This document shows, piece by piece, positions 10,950-23,405 of a DNA stretch of 39,941 nucleotides (its first letter is position 1; each line of letters starts with the position of its first letter). A model generated the notes under the pieces. The model ran no database searches. It had not been told where the DNA came from and worked only from the letters and a program-made list of their open reading frames with translations. The position numbers were made by a program, and so were the translations under genes. Source of the stretch: Octopus sinensis (lineage: Eukaryota); contig NW_021835843.1 of NCBI RefSeq assembly GCF_006345805.1, forward strand, positions 1-39,941, read 5' to 3'.

Positions 10950-11486
10950 GTTATTTTTTCCGGACATGACATATCAAAAATACATTTGGGTAGCATATAT
11001 GTAATACAGAAGTTGTGTCTAGAGTAAAATAAAAAAATAAATAAATAAATAAAGTTATCTAAGGAAAATAACTCAAATGGGCCAGTGGCAAGAATTTAGG
11101 TATGTTAAGGGCTGATATGGTGTTGGGGGACCTAATGTGATGAAGTCGTAGGGGAATCGTCGTGATATACAGTGTGTCTTAGACATTTTAAATCTGAAGG
11201 AGTCTGTCCTTATCCATGCTTGATTTCTGCCTGAGAGTAAGTGCGAAGCAGAGAGAGAGAAATGTGGGGGGGGGAGAGAAAATGGGAGAGAGAATGAGAG
11301 AGAGAGAGAGAGAGAATGGGATAGAGAGAACTCGAAATGACGACTAACAAAGTTGACTTCGGTGAGATTTGATCTTAGAGCACAAATAGAACGAATGCTT
11401 CAAAGTATCTTATCCGATTCACGAACGATTCAGCCAACAATCACCTTAAGGTCTGGGGTACCGAGTCCTCCCCTACACACACACAC

Positions 11487-11693
11487 ACTCTTTTACTTGT
11501 TTCAGTTACTTGACTGCGGCCATGCTGGAGCACCGCCTTTAGTCAAGCAAATCGACCCCAGGACTTATTCTTTGTAAGCCTAGTACTTATTCTATCGGTC
11601 TCGTTACCCGAACCGCTAAGTTACGGGGACGTAAACACACCAGCATCGGTTGTCAAGCGATGTTGGGGGGGGGGGGCAAACGCAGACACACAA

Positions 11694-11737
<44 letters not shown>

Positions 11738-11915
11738 GTATATATATATATACGACGGGTTTCTTTCAGTTTCCGTCTACCAAATCCACTCACAAGGTTT
11801 TGGTCGGCCCGAGGCCATAGTAGAAGACACTTGCCCAAGGTGCCACGCAGTGGGACTGAACCCGGAACCATGTGGTTGGTAAGCAAGCTACTTACCACAC
11901 AGCCACTCCTACGCC
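11487..11915 (-). mobile_element. SINE family B, full length, with internal (CA)/(TA) microsatellite
   Basis: Minus-strand head GGCGTAGGAGTGGCTGTGTGG...GGTTCAGTCCC, CORE-like CCTTGGGCAAGTGTCTT and tail AAGTAAAAGAGT. Matches the other B copies. Confidence 0.95.
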
Positions 11916-12127
11916 TACGTGCACGCAAGCACGAAAAAAGTTTTAATCGAAATTTCTTTGTGGTGGTAACTTGGTAACTTCATTTAATTGAAGTTTTTGT
12001 ATGTGTAAAACTGTATTTCTCAATAAAAGCTTCACTTTCACATGTGATGCAAGGAGATTTTGGCTGCTATTTCTAACAGCTTCAACGATAACTCAGTGGC
12101 TTCCCAGTTGTTGGTGCTACAGTTTAC

Positions 12128-12233
12128 CCCTGTGTTAGCTCTGTTTCAGCCAAACTACTCATGATCAATCTTTTGGCTGTTATGTTTAGCTGATCTGGAG
12201 ACCACGTAATGTTTTGCACAGAGTTGCAGTTAG
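12128..12233 (-). CDS. Candidate 106-nt internal exon of an unidentified host gene
   Basis: T-rich tract plus TTTGCAG acceptor and a GG|GTAAAC donor. Only one frame is open: (x)NCNSVQNITWSPDQLNITAKRLIMSSLAETELTQG. No homology recognised. Confidence 0.35.
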
Positions 12234-12384
12234 CTGCAAAAAAAAGTAAAAATTCAAAAATAAAATGTTTAATATATAAATAAATAAAAATCAAAACACA
12301 CACACACACATATATATATATGTATACACACGCACACACATATATATACAAACACACACGTCACACGTATATATATATTTCAAA

Positions 12385-12593
12385 ATGTGACCGCGTGTGT
12401 ACCGTTGGCGATTTTTTTCCCTCTGTCTTCCCTTCTCTGGATCGTTCCTTCTCCTATGTTTCCGACGAAGAGCTCCGCTCGAAACGTTAAACCCTCCTTC
12501 TTTCCTTCTTTCCTGAGCGTCCAATAATACTATATTTGTTCCACGTCCTCGCGTTGTTGTGTTTTTTTTTGTGCTTTCTTGTTTGGATTAACT
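12385..12593 (+). mobile_element. Repeat family F (possibly Penelope-derived) with hammerhead-like motif
   Basis: Reverse complement at 31751..31949 and 1956..2044. Contains GTTT-CCGACGA-A-GAGC-tcc-GCTC-GAAA-CG-TT-AAAC at 12458..12492; ends at (TA)n. Confidence 0.85.
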
Positions 12594-12640
12594 TTATATA
12601 TATATATATGCGTATATATATATATATATATATGCGATAT

Positions 12641-12677
<37 letters not shown>

Positions 12678-12697
12678 GTATATATATATATATATGC

Positions 12698-12732
<35 letters not shown>

Positions 12733-12978
12733 TATATGTATATATATATATATATGCGTATATATATAATATATTATATATATATATATAGCGTATATAT
12801 ATATATATATGCGTATATATATATATATATATGCGTATATATATATATATATATATGCGTATATATATATATATATATGCGTATATATATATATATATAT
12901 ATATATGCGTATATATATTACATATATATATATATATATATGCGTATATGTATATATATATATATATATGCGTATATG

Positions 12979-13029
<51 letters not shown>

Positions 13030-13104
13030 CGTATATGTATATATATGCGTATTGTATGTATTATATATATATGCGTATATGATATATATATATATGCGTA
13101 TATG

Positions 13105-13169
<65 letters not shown>

Positions 13170-13190
13170 TATATGTATACGTATATGTAT
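12594..13190. repeat. ~600-bp (TA)n tract periodically interrupted by GCG
   Basis: Directly visible units of (TA)n-TGCG. Confidence 0.95.
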
Positions 13191-13617
13191 ATTGATGACA
13201 TTATAGGGGAGACGTAGTGGAGAAGAGGCAAGAGCGGGAGTAAGAAAGGTGGTGGTTGTGGTGGTGATGAAGGGGGTAGCTGATACAGTGGTGGGGTAGG
13301 TGATGCAATGGTGAGGGTAGACTGACTCGTGTAGTGTATTGACGTTTAGTTTGTGCAGAGTACTGATTACTCTAATGTACCAGAGTCATTGGCGGTGATT
13401 GAGGGAGGGGTGTGTGGAGCGACAATTAAGGGAACATAGGTCGATTATTGATAGGATCAGTTCGTGAAGTGGCCCCTCGGGGGTGGAAATGATACGTCAA
13501 ACCGTCACATCAGAGTTGTTCAGCTCTATTTGGCGGGAGGCGACGCCAGCAGCAGCGATTAGGAAATGTCCGACAGCTCGGGCCGTGTCGGCGGAAATGG
13601 AAGTGGTGAGAGGTCGT

Positions 13618-13623
13618 GTGTGC

Positions 13624-13663
<40 letters not shown>

Positions 13664-14075
13664 ATGTATTGGTGTGCATGTGTATGTACACATGTATGCA
13701 TATCTGTCTGTCTGTCTGTTTGATTGTCTGCCTATGTATGAATCTATGTATGTATGTATTTATGTATGTATGCATGTATGTATTTGTATGCGTGTGACGT
13801 GTATACATGAGCATATTTATGTATGCCTGTATTTTTGTGTGTATTTGAGTTTGGCTCAGTACAAATATGTATGTGTTTGTGAGCATGTATGTATGTATGC
13901 ATGCATGCATGCATGTATGTATGTATGCATGGATGCATGCATGCGTGCGTGCGTGCGTGTATGTATGTATGTATGTATGTATGTATGTATGTATGTATGT
14001 ATGTATGTATGCGTGCGTGCGTGCGTGCGTGTATGTATGTATGCATGCATGCATGTATGTATGTATGAGTGTACG
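13618..14075. repeat. Compound (TG)n/(TGTA)n/(TGCA)n/(TGCG)n microsatellite
   Basis: Directly visible. Confidence 0.95.
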
Positions 14076-14397
14076 TGTATGTGGGGGGATTATGTACATG
14101 TGAGTGCATGTCTTCAACTTCTATTTCCCGTGTATCTGTATCTGTATACATTTGAGACTAAATACACAATGCGTATGTGAATTTTATATGCATGTAAAAC
14201 AAGCTATAGTTGTATATGTCTATGTGTGAACCATATATCTGTGTTTATGTGTGTGTGTATATTGAAAATGTCTATGTATACGTGAGTACAACAAACGTAC
14301 ACGTGTGTGTGCATATTTATATAGGTGTGTATGTGTATGTAAAGACTGCATACACACATACACATATGTGTGTGTGCCTGTATTATGTTGGTTACAA

Positions 14398-14590
14398 ATT
14401 TTAGTACAAGGCAAACAAGTTCCGGGGAAGAGAGCAAGTCGATTACATCGACTCCAGGACTCAATTGGTACTTATTTTATCGACCTCCGAAAGGTTGAAA
14501 GCCAACGTCAACGTCATTTGAACTCAGAACGAATGAAACGCTGTAAAGCATTTTGCCCGGAGCGGGTAACAATTCTGGTCACTCGTCGTC
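14398..14590 (-). mobile_element. SINE family A, degenerate
   Basis: gtcgattacatcgac...ggtacttattttatcgacc...tttgaactcagaacg, reverse complement of A. Confidence 0.85.
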
Positions 14591-14689
14591 TTGCATATAT
14601 ATTTATATTAAAAGTACAAACAGGCAAACATCTAATACTAGGTCAAATATGACATTTATACATTTTAAAATAAAGGATCAACTATCGCA

Positions 14690-15790
14690 GGGTGAGAGTG
14701 GCCACCCTACTCGTTATCTCGTCCCAGTTCTTCTCCATTTGGAGGTCCGGACTGAACCAGACTCCGAACAATTTAACCAGTCCGTTGTTCCAGCGTCCCA
14801 CGATGGAGACGCTGTTGGACGGCATGGGCTTATTGTTGTTTCTGTGCTAATGGGTCATTGACTTTTAGGTGTGATTTGCTACCACAAACGTAGCAACGTG
14901 GCTTTCTCCCTTCGACGGCCACATGCAAATTCGAACCGTCTGCCAATTTGATAAGATGTGGAATCCTTTCAATACTGATTGGATCGATTTGAGCAAGGAT
15001 TTCCATTCCTTGACCAATCCAATTTTGCTGGTCCAGGACAGCGATTTCCAAGATGTGGATTGTCTCCTCTATATCATAACAAATAGCAAACACAAGCCAT
15101 TTTATGTGTATCTCAGGGGGCACATCTTTGATTTTTATTTTTGTTACCCTACGACCAAGGTATGTTGGGATCATCATTAGGTTCTTGCATTCAAAAGTCT
15201 TTGCGGGGAGGTCCTTGGCTCGTTCTTCACTGTCGAATCTAACTTCGATCGTGGTAAATTTTTTTTCCTCTGGTGACGTATTCTTTAAAGGCCTATATGG
15301 GCCATAAACATTTTTCTATTGTTTCTTGGAAGGCAGTTTCAAAAAGTTTTGTTAATAAGTTGAGTGTTTTGTATATGATTTTTTTTTAATGTCTTCTATG
15401 ATTTTTTGCGATGTTTACAGTTGTATAATGTGTTGATCTTTTTTAAACATTGTCTTGCAAGCAAGCAGTTCTTCCTTCGAAAAAGACATAATTCTTTTCT
15501 TCAGCTTTAAAGCTGCGGCAAAATTACTTTGAGTGTTCGTGTTGGTTGTGGTGGTGATGGCGGTGATAGTGGTGGAGGCAGTGTTTGTAGTAGTAAACGT
15601 TTTCTTTACTTTGTTTATATCTTCTACGGCCAAACTGACATTCATATCTGTCAGTTCAAGCGAAACGACGTTCTTTTCAGCCTCCCACACCTCCGGCTTC
15701 AGCAGTGGCGGGAAGTCAATGAAAATGGCTTCCTGGTTTGATTCGGCCATTTTCGTTTAGAAGAGGGCAAAAGAAAACCGAAGAAAATTT
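14690..15790 (-). pseudogene. Non-LTR retrotransposon (LINE) ORF1 remnant with zinc knuckle
   Basis: ORFs 15415..15750 and 14830..15177 are collinear on the minus strand. They include TKIKIKDVPPE and LHVAVEGRKPRCYVCGSKSHLK (C-x2-C-x4-H, last Cys lost), typical of LINE ORF1; frameshifts and stops present. Confidence 0.7.
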
Positions 15791-15959
15791 TGAAAATTTT
15801 GGAAATTCACCCAAAGAGGGTAGGGTCCTATTAAAAGATTTACTTAGGTTGAAGAAGATGTTAAGCGTCTCTTTGACAAAAAATATTTAACAACAAATAG
15901 CTTTTTTTCTATACAAATAAAGTCATCTTACTTGGAACCAATCTGTCAACAGTCCATTC

Positions 15960-16255
<296 letters not shown>

Positions 16256-16298
16256 ATGCAATACACGTTACCAGATATTTCAGACTCAGTGTTTAGAT

Positions 16299-16436
16299 CA
16301 GTCATGGGCAACTCATAGCTTGCGGGACTTTCTGAATGGCACACCTAAAGAAAAATTTACCTTTAGTATGTTTAGTAGTGCGGCCCGCACCATGTCTCCT
16401 TGCAGCCTACATCTCAAAATAGGCTGTCCATGCTTG
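16299..16436. mobile_element. Degenerate hAT-like MITE
   Basis: Ends CAGTCATGGGCAAC and GCTGTCCATGCTTG are complementary at 10 of 14 positions. Internal GCGGCCCGC; flanks GTTTAGAT and TTTTATAT match at 6 of 8 as a putative 8-bp TSD. Confidence 0.4.
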
Positions 16437-16689
16437 TTTTATATCGACATTCCACTCCTATTGCATATAATTGGTTTGTTTTCATTCAAATATATACATA
16501 CATAAATGTGTGTATGCATGTGTGTGTGCGCACGCACGTGTGTGTACGCGTATGTTTATGCATATTGTTATTTGCTCTCTCAATGACCCACATACATAAA
16601 TGATTATGTATATCAATCTCTCTTACTTTCTAGCTTTCTCTCTCTCTCCACAGACACAGACACAGGTAGATAGGTAGATGGATATATAG

Positions 16690-16917
16690 ATAGTTAGATG
16701 GGTAAAAAGACAGACATCTAGATAGATAGATAGATAGATACATACATACATACATACATACATACATACATACATACATACATACATACATACATACATA
16801 CATACATACATACATACATAGAGATACATATATAGATAGATAGAGATACATATATAGATAGATAGATAGATAGATAGATAGAGATAGATAGATAGGTAGA
16901 GATAGATAGATAGGTAG

Positions 16918-16956
<39 letters not shown>

Positions 16957-16997
16957 GATACATATATATGGATACATATATAGATAGATAGAGATAC

Positions 16998-17063
<66 letters not shown>

Positions 17064-17256
17064 TAGATAGATAGATAGATGGAGATACATATATATATAA
17101 ATAGATAGATAGAGATACATAGATAGATAGATAGATAGATGGAGATACATACATATATAAATAGATAGATAGAGATACATACATATATAAATAGATAGAT
17201 AGAGATACATACATATATAAATAGATAGATAGAGATACATACATATATATAGAGAG

Positions 17257-17343
<87 letters not shown>

Positions 17344-17410
17344 GATACATAAATATATATAGATACATACATATATATAGATAGATATACAGACAGACAG
17401 AATAGATATG
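16690..17410. repeat. Compound (GATA)n/(CATA)n/(TA)n microsatellite with higher-order ~28-bp units
   Basis: Directly visible, e.g. repeated atagatagatagagatacatacatatataa at ~17140..17250. Confidence 0.95.
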
Positions 17411-17941
17411 GGCACACGCGCAAACGCACATACACGCACACACATCCAAATGTACACACGTGTACACTCATACATTTCTCACATTAAGTGTCTCTTGACA
17501 TAAGAACTTTAAAAGGGCGACATTCGTGGTTTCAACTCAGCCGAGTCAGGATCGCTCCGCCCAGATACTACACATGAGTGCGTCTCTATTTGATCCCTTA
17601 TCACACTCGATCACCTCTCCCTGTTCATCACACTTAAACCTCTTCTCGTTTAAGCCCAACCCCTTCCTTTCCTCTCCTCCCCCCACCACCCGTCTACGTT
17701 TTATTGCTGTGATTGTCGTTCAGCCTTGAGTGGTTATTGTTGCTGTAGTTGTTGTTGTTCTTCTTCTTCTTGTTTTGCTTTAGATTCTTCTCTGTGTTTG
17801 TCTCGCTTATAACTGCTGTTGTTGTTGTTCTTACTATTGTTGGTGTAGCTGTTGTGGTTGTTATTATTACCGTTGCTTTTGTTGTTATTGCGGTTATTAT
17901 TGCTGTTCTTCTTGTTACTGTTGCTCTTGTAATTGTTATTG

Positions 17942-18282
17942 CGGTACTACTTAAGAAGAGTGGTCCCGGTGCGCGCACTCGCACAGTCGCGCATCCGCGC
18001 CAGCTAGTCGTGACTAGTCGATCCTTACTTTGTGTTTTCGTGCTTTTACTCTGTTACTCTTTTACTTGTTTCAGTCATTTGACTGCGGCCATGCTGGAGC
18101 ACCGCCTTTAATCGAGCAACCCGACCCCGGGACTTATTCGTTTGTAAGCCCAGTACTTATTCTATCGGTCTCTTTTGCCGAACCGCTAAGTAACGGAGAC
18201 ATAAACACACCAGCATCGGTTGCCAAGCAATGCTAGGGGGACAAACACAGACACACAAACACACACACACACACACACACAC

Positions 18283-18323
<41 letters not shown>

Positions 18324-18561
18324 TATACATATATACGACGGGCTTCTTTCAGTTTCCGTCTACCAAATCCACTCACAAGGCTTTGATCGGCACGAGGCTA
18401 TAGTAGAAGACACTTGCCCAAGGTGCCACGCAGTTGATGTAGTTGATGTTTTATTTACTTTGCTAGGTAGTCGTTGTAGGATCGACTAGTCACGACTAGC
18501 TGGCGCGGATGCGCGACCAATCGAGTGCGCGCACCGGGACCACTCTTCTTAAGTAGAACCG
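17942..18561. mobile_element. Non-autonomous TIR element (84-bp GC-rich inverted repeats) containing a SINE B fragment
   Basis: 17942..18025 and 18478..18561 are reverse complements with 5 mismatches. The element interrupts a (GTT)/(ATT)-rich tract, and TTATTG lies directly outside both ends. Confidence 0.8.
18044..18433 (-). mobile_element. SINE family B, 5'-truncated, inside the TIR element
   Basis: Matches the B tail and body and stops at ...GGTGCCACGCAG. Confidence 0.95.
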
Positions 18562-18659
18562 TTATTGCTATTGTTGTTGTTATTGTTGTTACTGTTGTTG
18601 ATGTTGGTCTTCTTGCTGCTGTTGTCTGTTGCTGCTGCTCTTTCTACTACAGTTGTTGT

Positions 18660-18820
18660 TTGGACCCAAGTTGACTGAATAGACCAGTAATCAAAATTGT
18701 TCCAGCAGCGACCATCCAGTCTTTAATGTTTAGCAAGAGCTACAGCGCCCGACATGCTCGTTTGAGAGTGATTTGGTTACCATTTCTAACAAACCAGACG
18801 ACCTAGTAGAAGTCTCGTAG
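18660..18820 (+). repeat. Old interspersed repeat family E (best copy)
   Basis: A motif like GAGGGAGATTTGGCTGCTATTTCTAGCA recurs degenerately at ~9094, ~12051, ~18773, ~20456, ~21259 and ~21352. Confidence 0.65.
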
Positions 18821-18840
18821 CTCTAACTACTTACGTTGTT

Positions 18841-19688
<848 letters not shown>

Positions 19689-20226
19689 TACTTACGTTGT
19701 TACTGTCTAACCCCACACCATAGGATCTTTTCTGTTTGACTGCAGTTTTTGAAATTTTAAAATTAAAGAAAATTTTGAAATTTGGTGTATCGATGTCATT
19801 TTTCACGCTGAATCCCAGAGGCTAGTTCACTTGTTCCAGAAAAAATATTTTTAAAAAAAGTTACAGAGGTTTGATCATTTTTTTACCCAGTCAGAAAACA
19901 GGATTTGGAAGCTGTCATTTTGTGCGCGACTGCAATCGTAAGACGACAAACCAATGATGTCGACATTGCAATGATAGTATACGTTTTAAGCGTTTAATAA
20001 ACGAAAATGATCAAAAAACGAGTAAGCAACACATAATTTGTGGTTTTAAGCATTCAAGAGATGGATATCGAAAATGAAACGTAAAATATCCAAAAACAGC
20101 AACAGATGGATACAAGCAGGAAAATATAAATTTGTAAACACTCGTGGGTTTTCGTAAAGAGTTCCAACGCTTGGCTTGTTACTATGGAAATAGGTACCTA
20201 TATGACTGTGGCTTTCAACTGGTTAA

Positions 20227-20262
20227 ACTTACCTAAAATGTGAAAACTTTAAAAGATATTAA
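20227..20262 (-). promoter_or_regulatory. Candidate recursive splice site (juxtaposed acceptor and donor)
   Basis: Minus strand reads gttaatatcttttaaagttttcacattttAG|GTAAGT. Function is inferred only. Confidence 0.25.
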
Positions 20263-20737
20263 CTTTATTTATTGGTTTATGGCGTAAATGAATTTTATGT
20301 CAATAAATAGCATACAAAACTACATCAATACAACTAATATGAAATTAAATGGAACAAAATTGAAGACATTGAAAAGTGGCAGCCAAACAGAAAAGATCTC
20401 TTTCAACGTTTCAAACGCAACTGTTTCGTCTTTTAAGATATTAAGATTTGTAATTGAGCGAAATTTGGCTGCTATTTCTGGCAGACTGAATGACCACATA
20501 AATGATCATTCGTTGACTTGTTGTTGTTGTTGCTGTTATTGTTGTTGTAGCTGTTGTAGTTGTTGTTATTGTTGTTTAACTTAAGGATAACTTGGATCCA
20601 GCAGACCTTTTCATCAAACGCCTACGAACAGTAACAGCCAGATATTTTTCTCCTTCGCAGATGGCACACAACTACATTACTGAATATATCCTCACCCATA
20701 TTTCTTTAAAGACGTGGAGTTTTAAAAAAAAATATAT

Positions 20738-21043
20738 CTTTTACTTCTTTCGATCATTGGAATGCAGCCACATTACTGGAGTACTGCCTTGAAGAGTTTT
20801 AGTCGAACGAATCGACACTAGTACTTATTCTTATTATAGTCTAGTATTTATTTTATCGGTCTGTTATGTCGAACCTCTAAGTTAAGGTGATGTAATCAAA
20901 TCAACGCCAGTTGTCACACGATAGTGGGGTACAAACATACACACATATACATACATATTTAGATATACATACATACACTCACACACATACGTACGCACAT
21001 ACATACATGCATGCATGCATACATACATACATACATACATACA

Positions 21044-21075
<32 letters not shown>

Positions 21076-21242
21076 AATAAAGCGGGCTTCTTTCAGATTC
21101 CGTCTACCAAATCCAGTCACAAGGCTTTGGTCAGCTTGGGACTATAGTAGACGATCCTTGTCCAAGGTGCCGCGCAGTGTGACTGAACCCGGAACGATGT
21201 AATTGGGAAGCAAATTTATTACCACACAACCCGGCCCGTGCC
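20738..21242 (-). mobile_element. SINE family B, older diverged copy
   Basis: Alignable to B with an internal (CATA)n. Confidence 0.85.
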
Positions 21243-21551
21243 TGATAGTAATAGTTTTGGAAGATTTGGCTGTTATTTCTACCATTCTTTTTTTTTTCTG
21301 TCCATGAGTACCGTGTATTTAAAGAGAACTTAATTAAATGTGCCTTCTTGTAAGAGATATGGTTGCTACTTCTAGCAAATCGAACGACCGCATAGAGACG
21401 TCTTCGATTATATATGTTGCTGTATTTTGTAATTCCTCTTCGTAATTCCTAACCCTAATACTGCCCCTTCTCTTACCCATTTAGGGATTTTTTGGATTTT
21501 GTTTTTGTGTTGTTTTATTTATTCTGTTCTGTTTTACGAGTCTGACTTTAT

Positions 21552-21608
<57 letters not shown>

Positions 21609-22663
21609 ATATGGCTTAGATTTTCCTTTGGGGGGCTGCCCAGATCGGAGCAATCTCAAGATTAATCAGCCGAAATTGCGAAGATGATCTGGTTCTTGAC
21701 TGATGACTGAGGGCTTCGAATGTCCCGTCCTGTGGTTCTTGTGTCGTCTCTTTGGTGTTTCATGTTCTTGTCCATGTCTGTATTTATTTTTTACTGTTTA
21801 CATATATATATATATATATATATGTGTGTGATAAATTACTTGTCTGTCTCTCGCTAATGTCAACGGTGACGTTGCGGATGACTGACCACGTGAACTCTGA
21901 CTTCACCAACAGACCTCAGATTTTTTTTCTTTTTTGCTTTCTTTCTTTCCAAACTTCCACCCATTTCTCTCTTTCCTCTCTACCCTCTTTCTCTGTCTGT
22001 CTGTCTGTCTGTCTATCACTATATATATTGCGTTCTTGTCCCAGTTTGTATTTTTTACATATATTTCCATATCTATATTTCATTCCTCTTTCCCTGTCTT
22101 CCAGTCTCCATAGATCACTCAATGGACTTTTTTTTTCTTTTTTTTTCTGTCTAGAATCATACCCTACAATTTTGGAATCACTGCAATCTTACCCTCTCGC
22201 TCTCACATCCTTCAAGTTTTTTTCTCAACCACCAAACCATAACTGCCGCCGTCCTATACTGTAAAACTACCGTCGTCACCATCAATAGTGCTGCACCAAC
22301 ACTACCCTCACCTACACCAACACCAATATTAACGAGTCAATGAAAGAGAAGTTATGTGGATAGTTACGCTTGGAACGTCTTTGATCATAGGTCTGCTCCG
22401 TTAGGTTAACCCGGGGCTAGATAATAACGATTCTACAAAACTCAGGTACGACTCAAAATGAAGTATTACTACATACTCAAACGTCCTTGACCACATCCAG
22501 ATAAGGGTTACCTGCAGGGCCGGATTAAGACCCATAGGAACTCTAAGCCCTTAAAAGATTCCGGTGTCCCCATATATAATTCAAAATATAAACAATAATA
22601 TACCATAAAATATTTTTTTTATTTTTCAAAATGAAACAAAAACAACAGTAATAAGGAAAATAA

Positions 22664-23063
22664 TACTCTTTACTCTTTACTCTTTTACTTGTTTCAGTCA
22701 TTTGACTGCGGCCATGCTGGAGCACCGCCTTTAGTCGAGCAAATCGACCCCGGGACTTATTCTTTGTAAGCCCAGTACTTATTCTATCAGTCTCTTTTGC
22801 CGAACCGCTAAGTGACGGGGACGTAAACACGCCAGCATCGGTTGTCAAGCAATGCTAGGAGAACAAACACAGACACACAAACACACACATACATATATAT
22901 ATATATATACATATATACGACAGGCTTCTTTCAGTTTCCGTCTACCAAATCCACTCACAAGGCATTGGTCGGCCCGAGGCTATAGTAGAAGACACTTGCC
23001 CAAGGTGCCACGCAGTGGGACTGAACCCGGAACCATGTGGTTGGTAGACAGGCTACTTACCAC
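22664..23063 (-). mobile_element. SINE family B, nearly full length
   Basis: High similarity to the other B copies; lacks the extreme 5' end. Confidence 0.95.
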
Positions 23064-23199
23064 TATTTTCGTATACTTCCACTTGATCTATATTTGAGAA
23101 GTTTGCATTTAGTTTTTCTAATTGCAGTCTTTGATCAGATCCTCAAAATTAATCTTACGTAGCACATAATTATAATTTATAATTATATTTCTGATATAA

Positions 23200-23405
23200 G
23201 GTGGTGAACCGGTAGGATCGTCCCCCACACCACCGGGCAAAATGCTTTATCTTTACGTTCTGTGTTCAAATGCTGTCGAGGTCGTCTTTCTCTTTCATCT
23301 TTAAGGGGTCACTAAAGTAAGTACCAGTTGAATACTAGGGTAGCTGAAGTCGACCAACCCATTTCCTCAAATTTCAGGCGTTGTGCCTATAGTAGAAAAG
23401 ATATT
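23200..23405 (+). mobile_element. SINE family A, degenerate
   Basis: Tail ...ttgtgcctatagtagaaaag resembles 10115..10330. Confidence 0.8.

Noticed and set aside
21700-21730. CTGATGA...GAAT hammerhead-like motif
   Set aside because: GAAT instead of GAAA, two extra bases before helix II and no helix I pairing.
21840-21915. CpG-containing island with a minus-strand donor (GTAATT) and open peptide SEFTWSVIRNVTVDISER
   Set aside because: No pyrimidine tract or acceptor upstream and no start codon. It could be a first exon but is unsupported.
22515-22560. CAGGGCCGGATTAAG, resembling a hAT/MITE terminus
   Set aside because: No matching opposite terminus or TSD was found.
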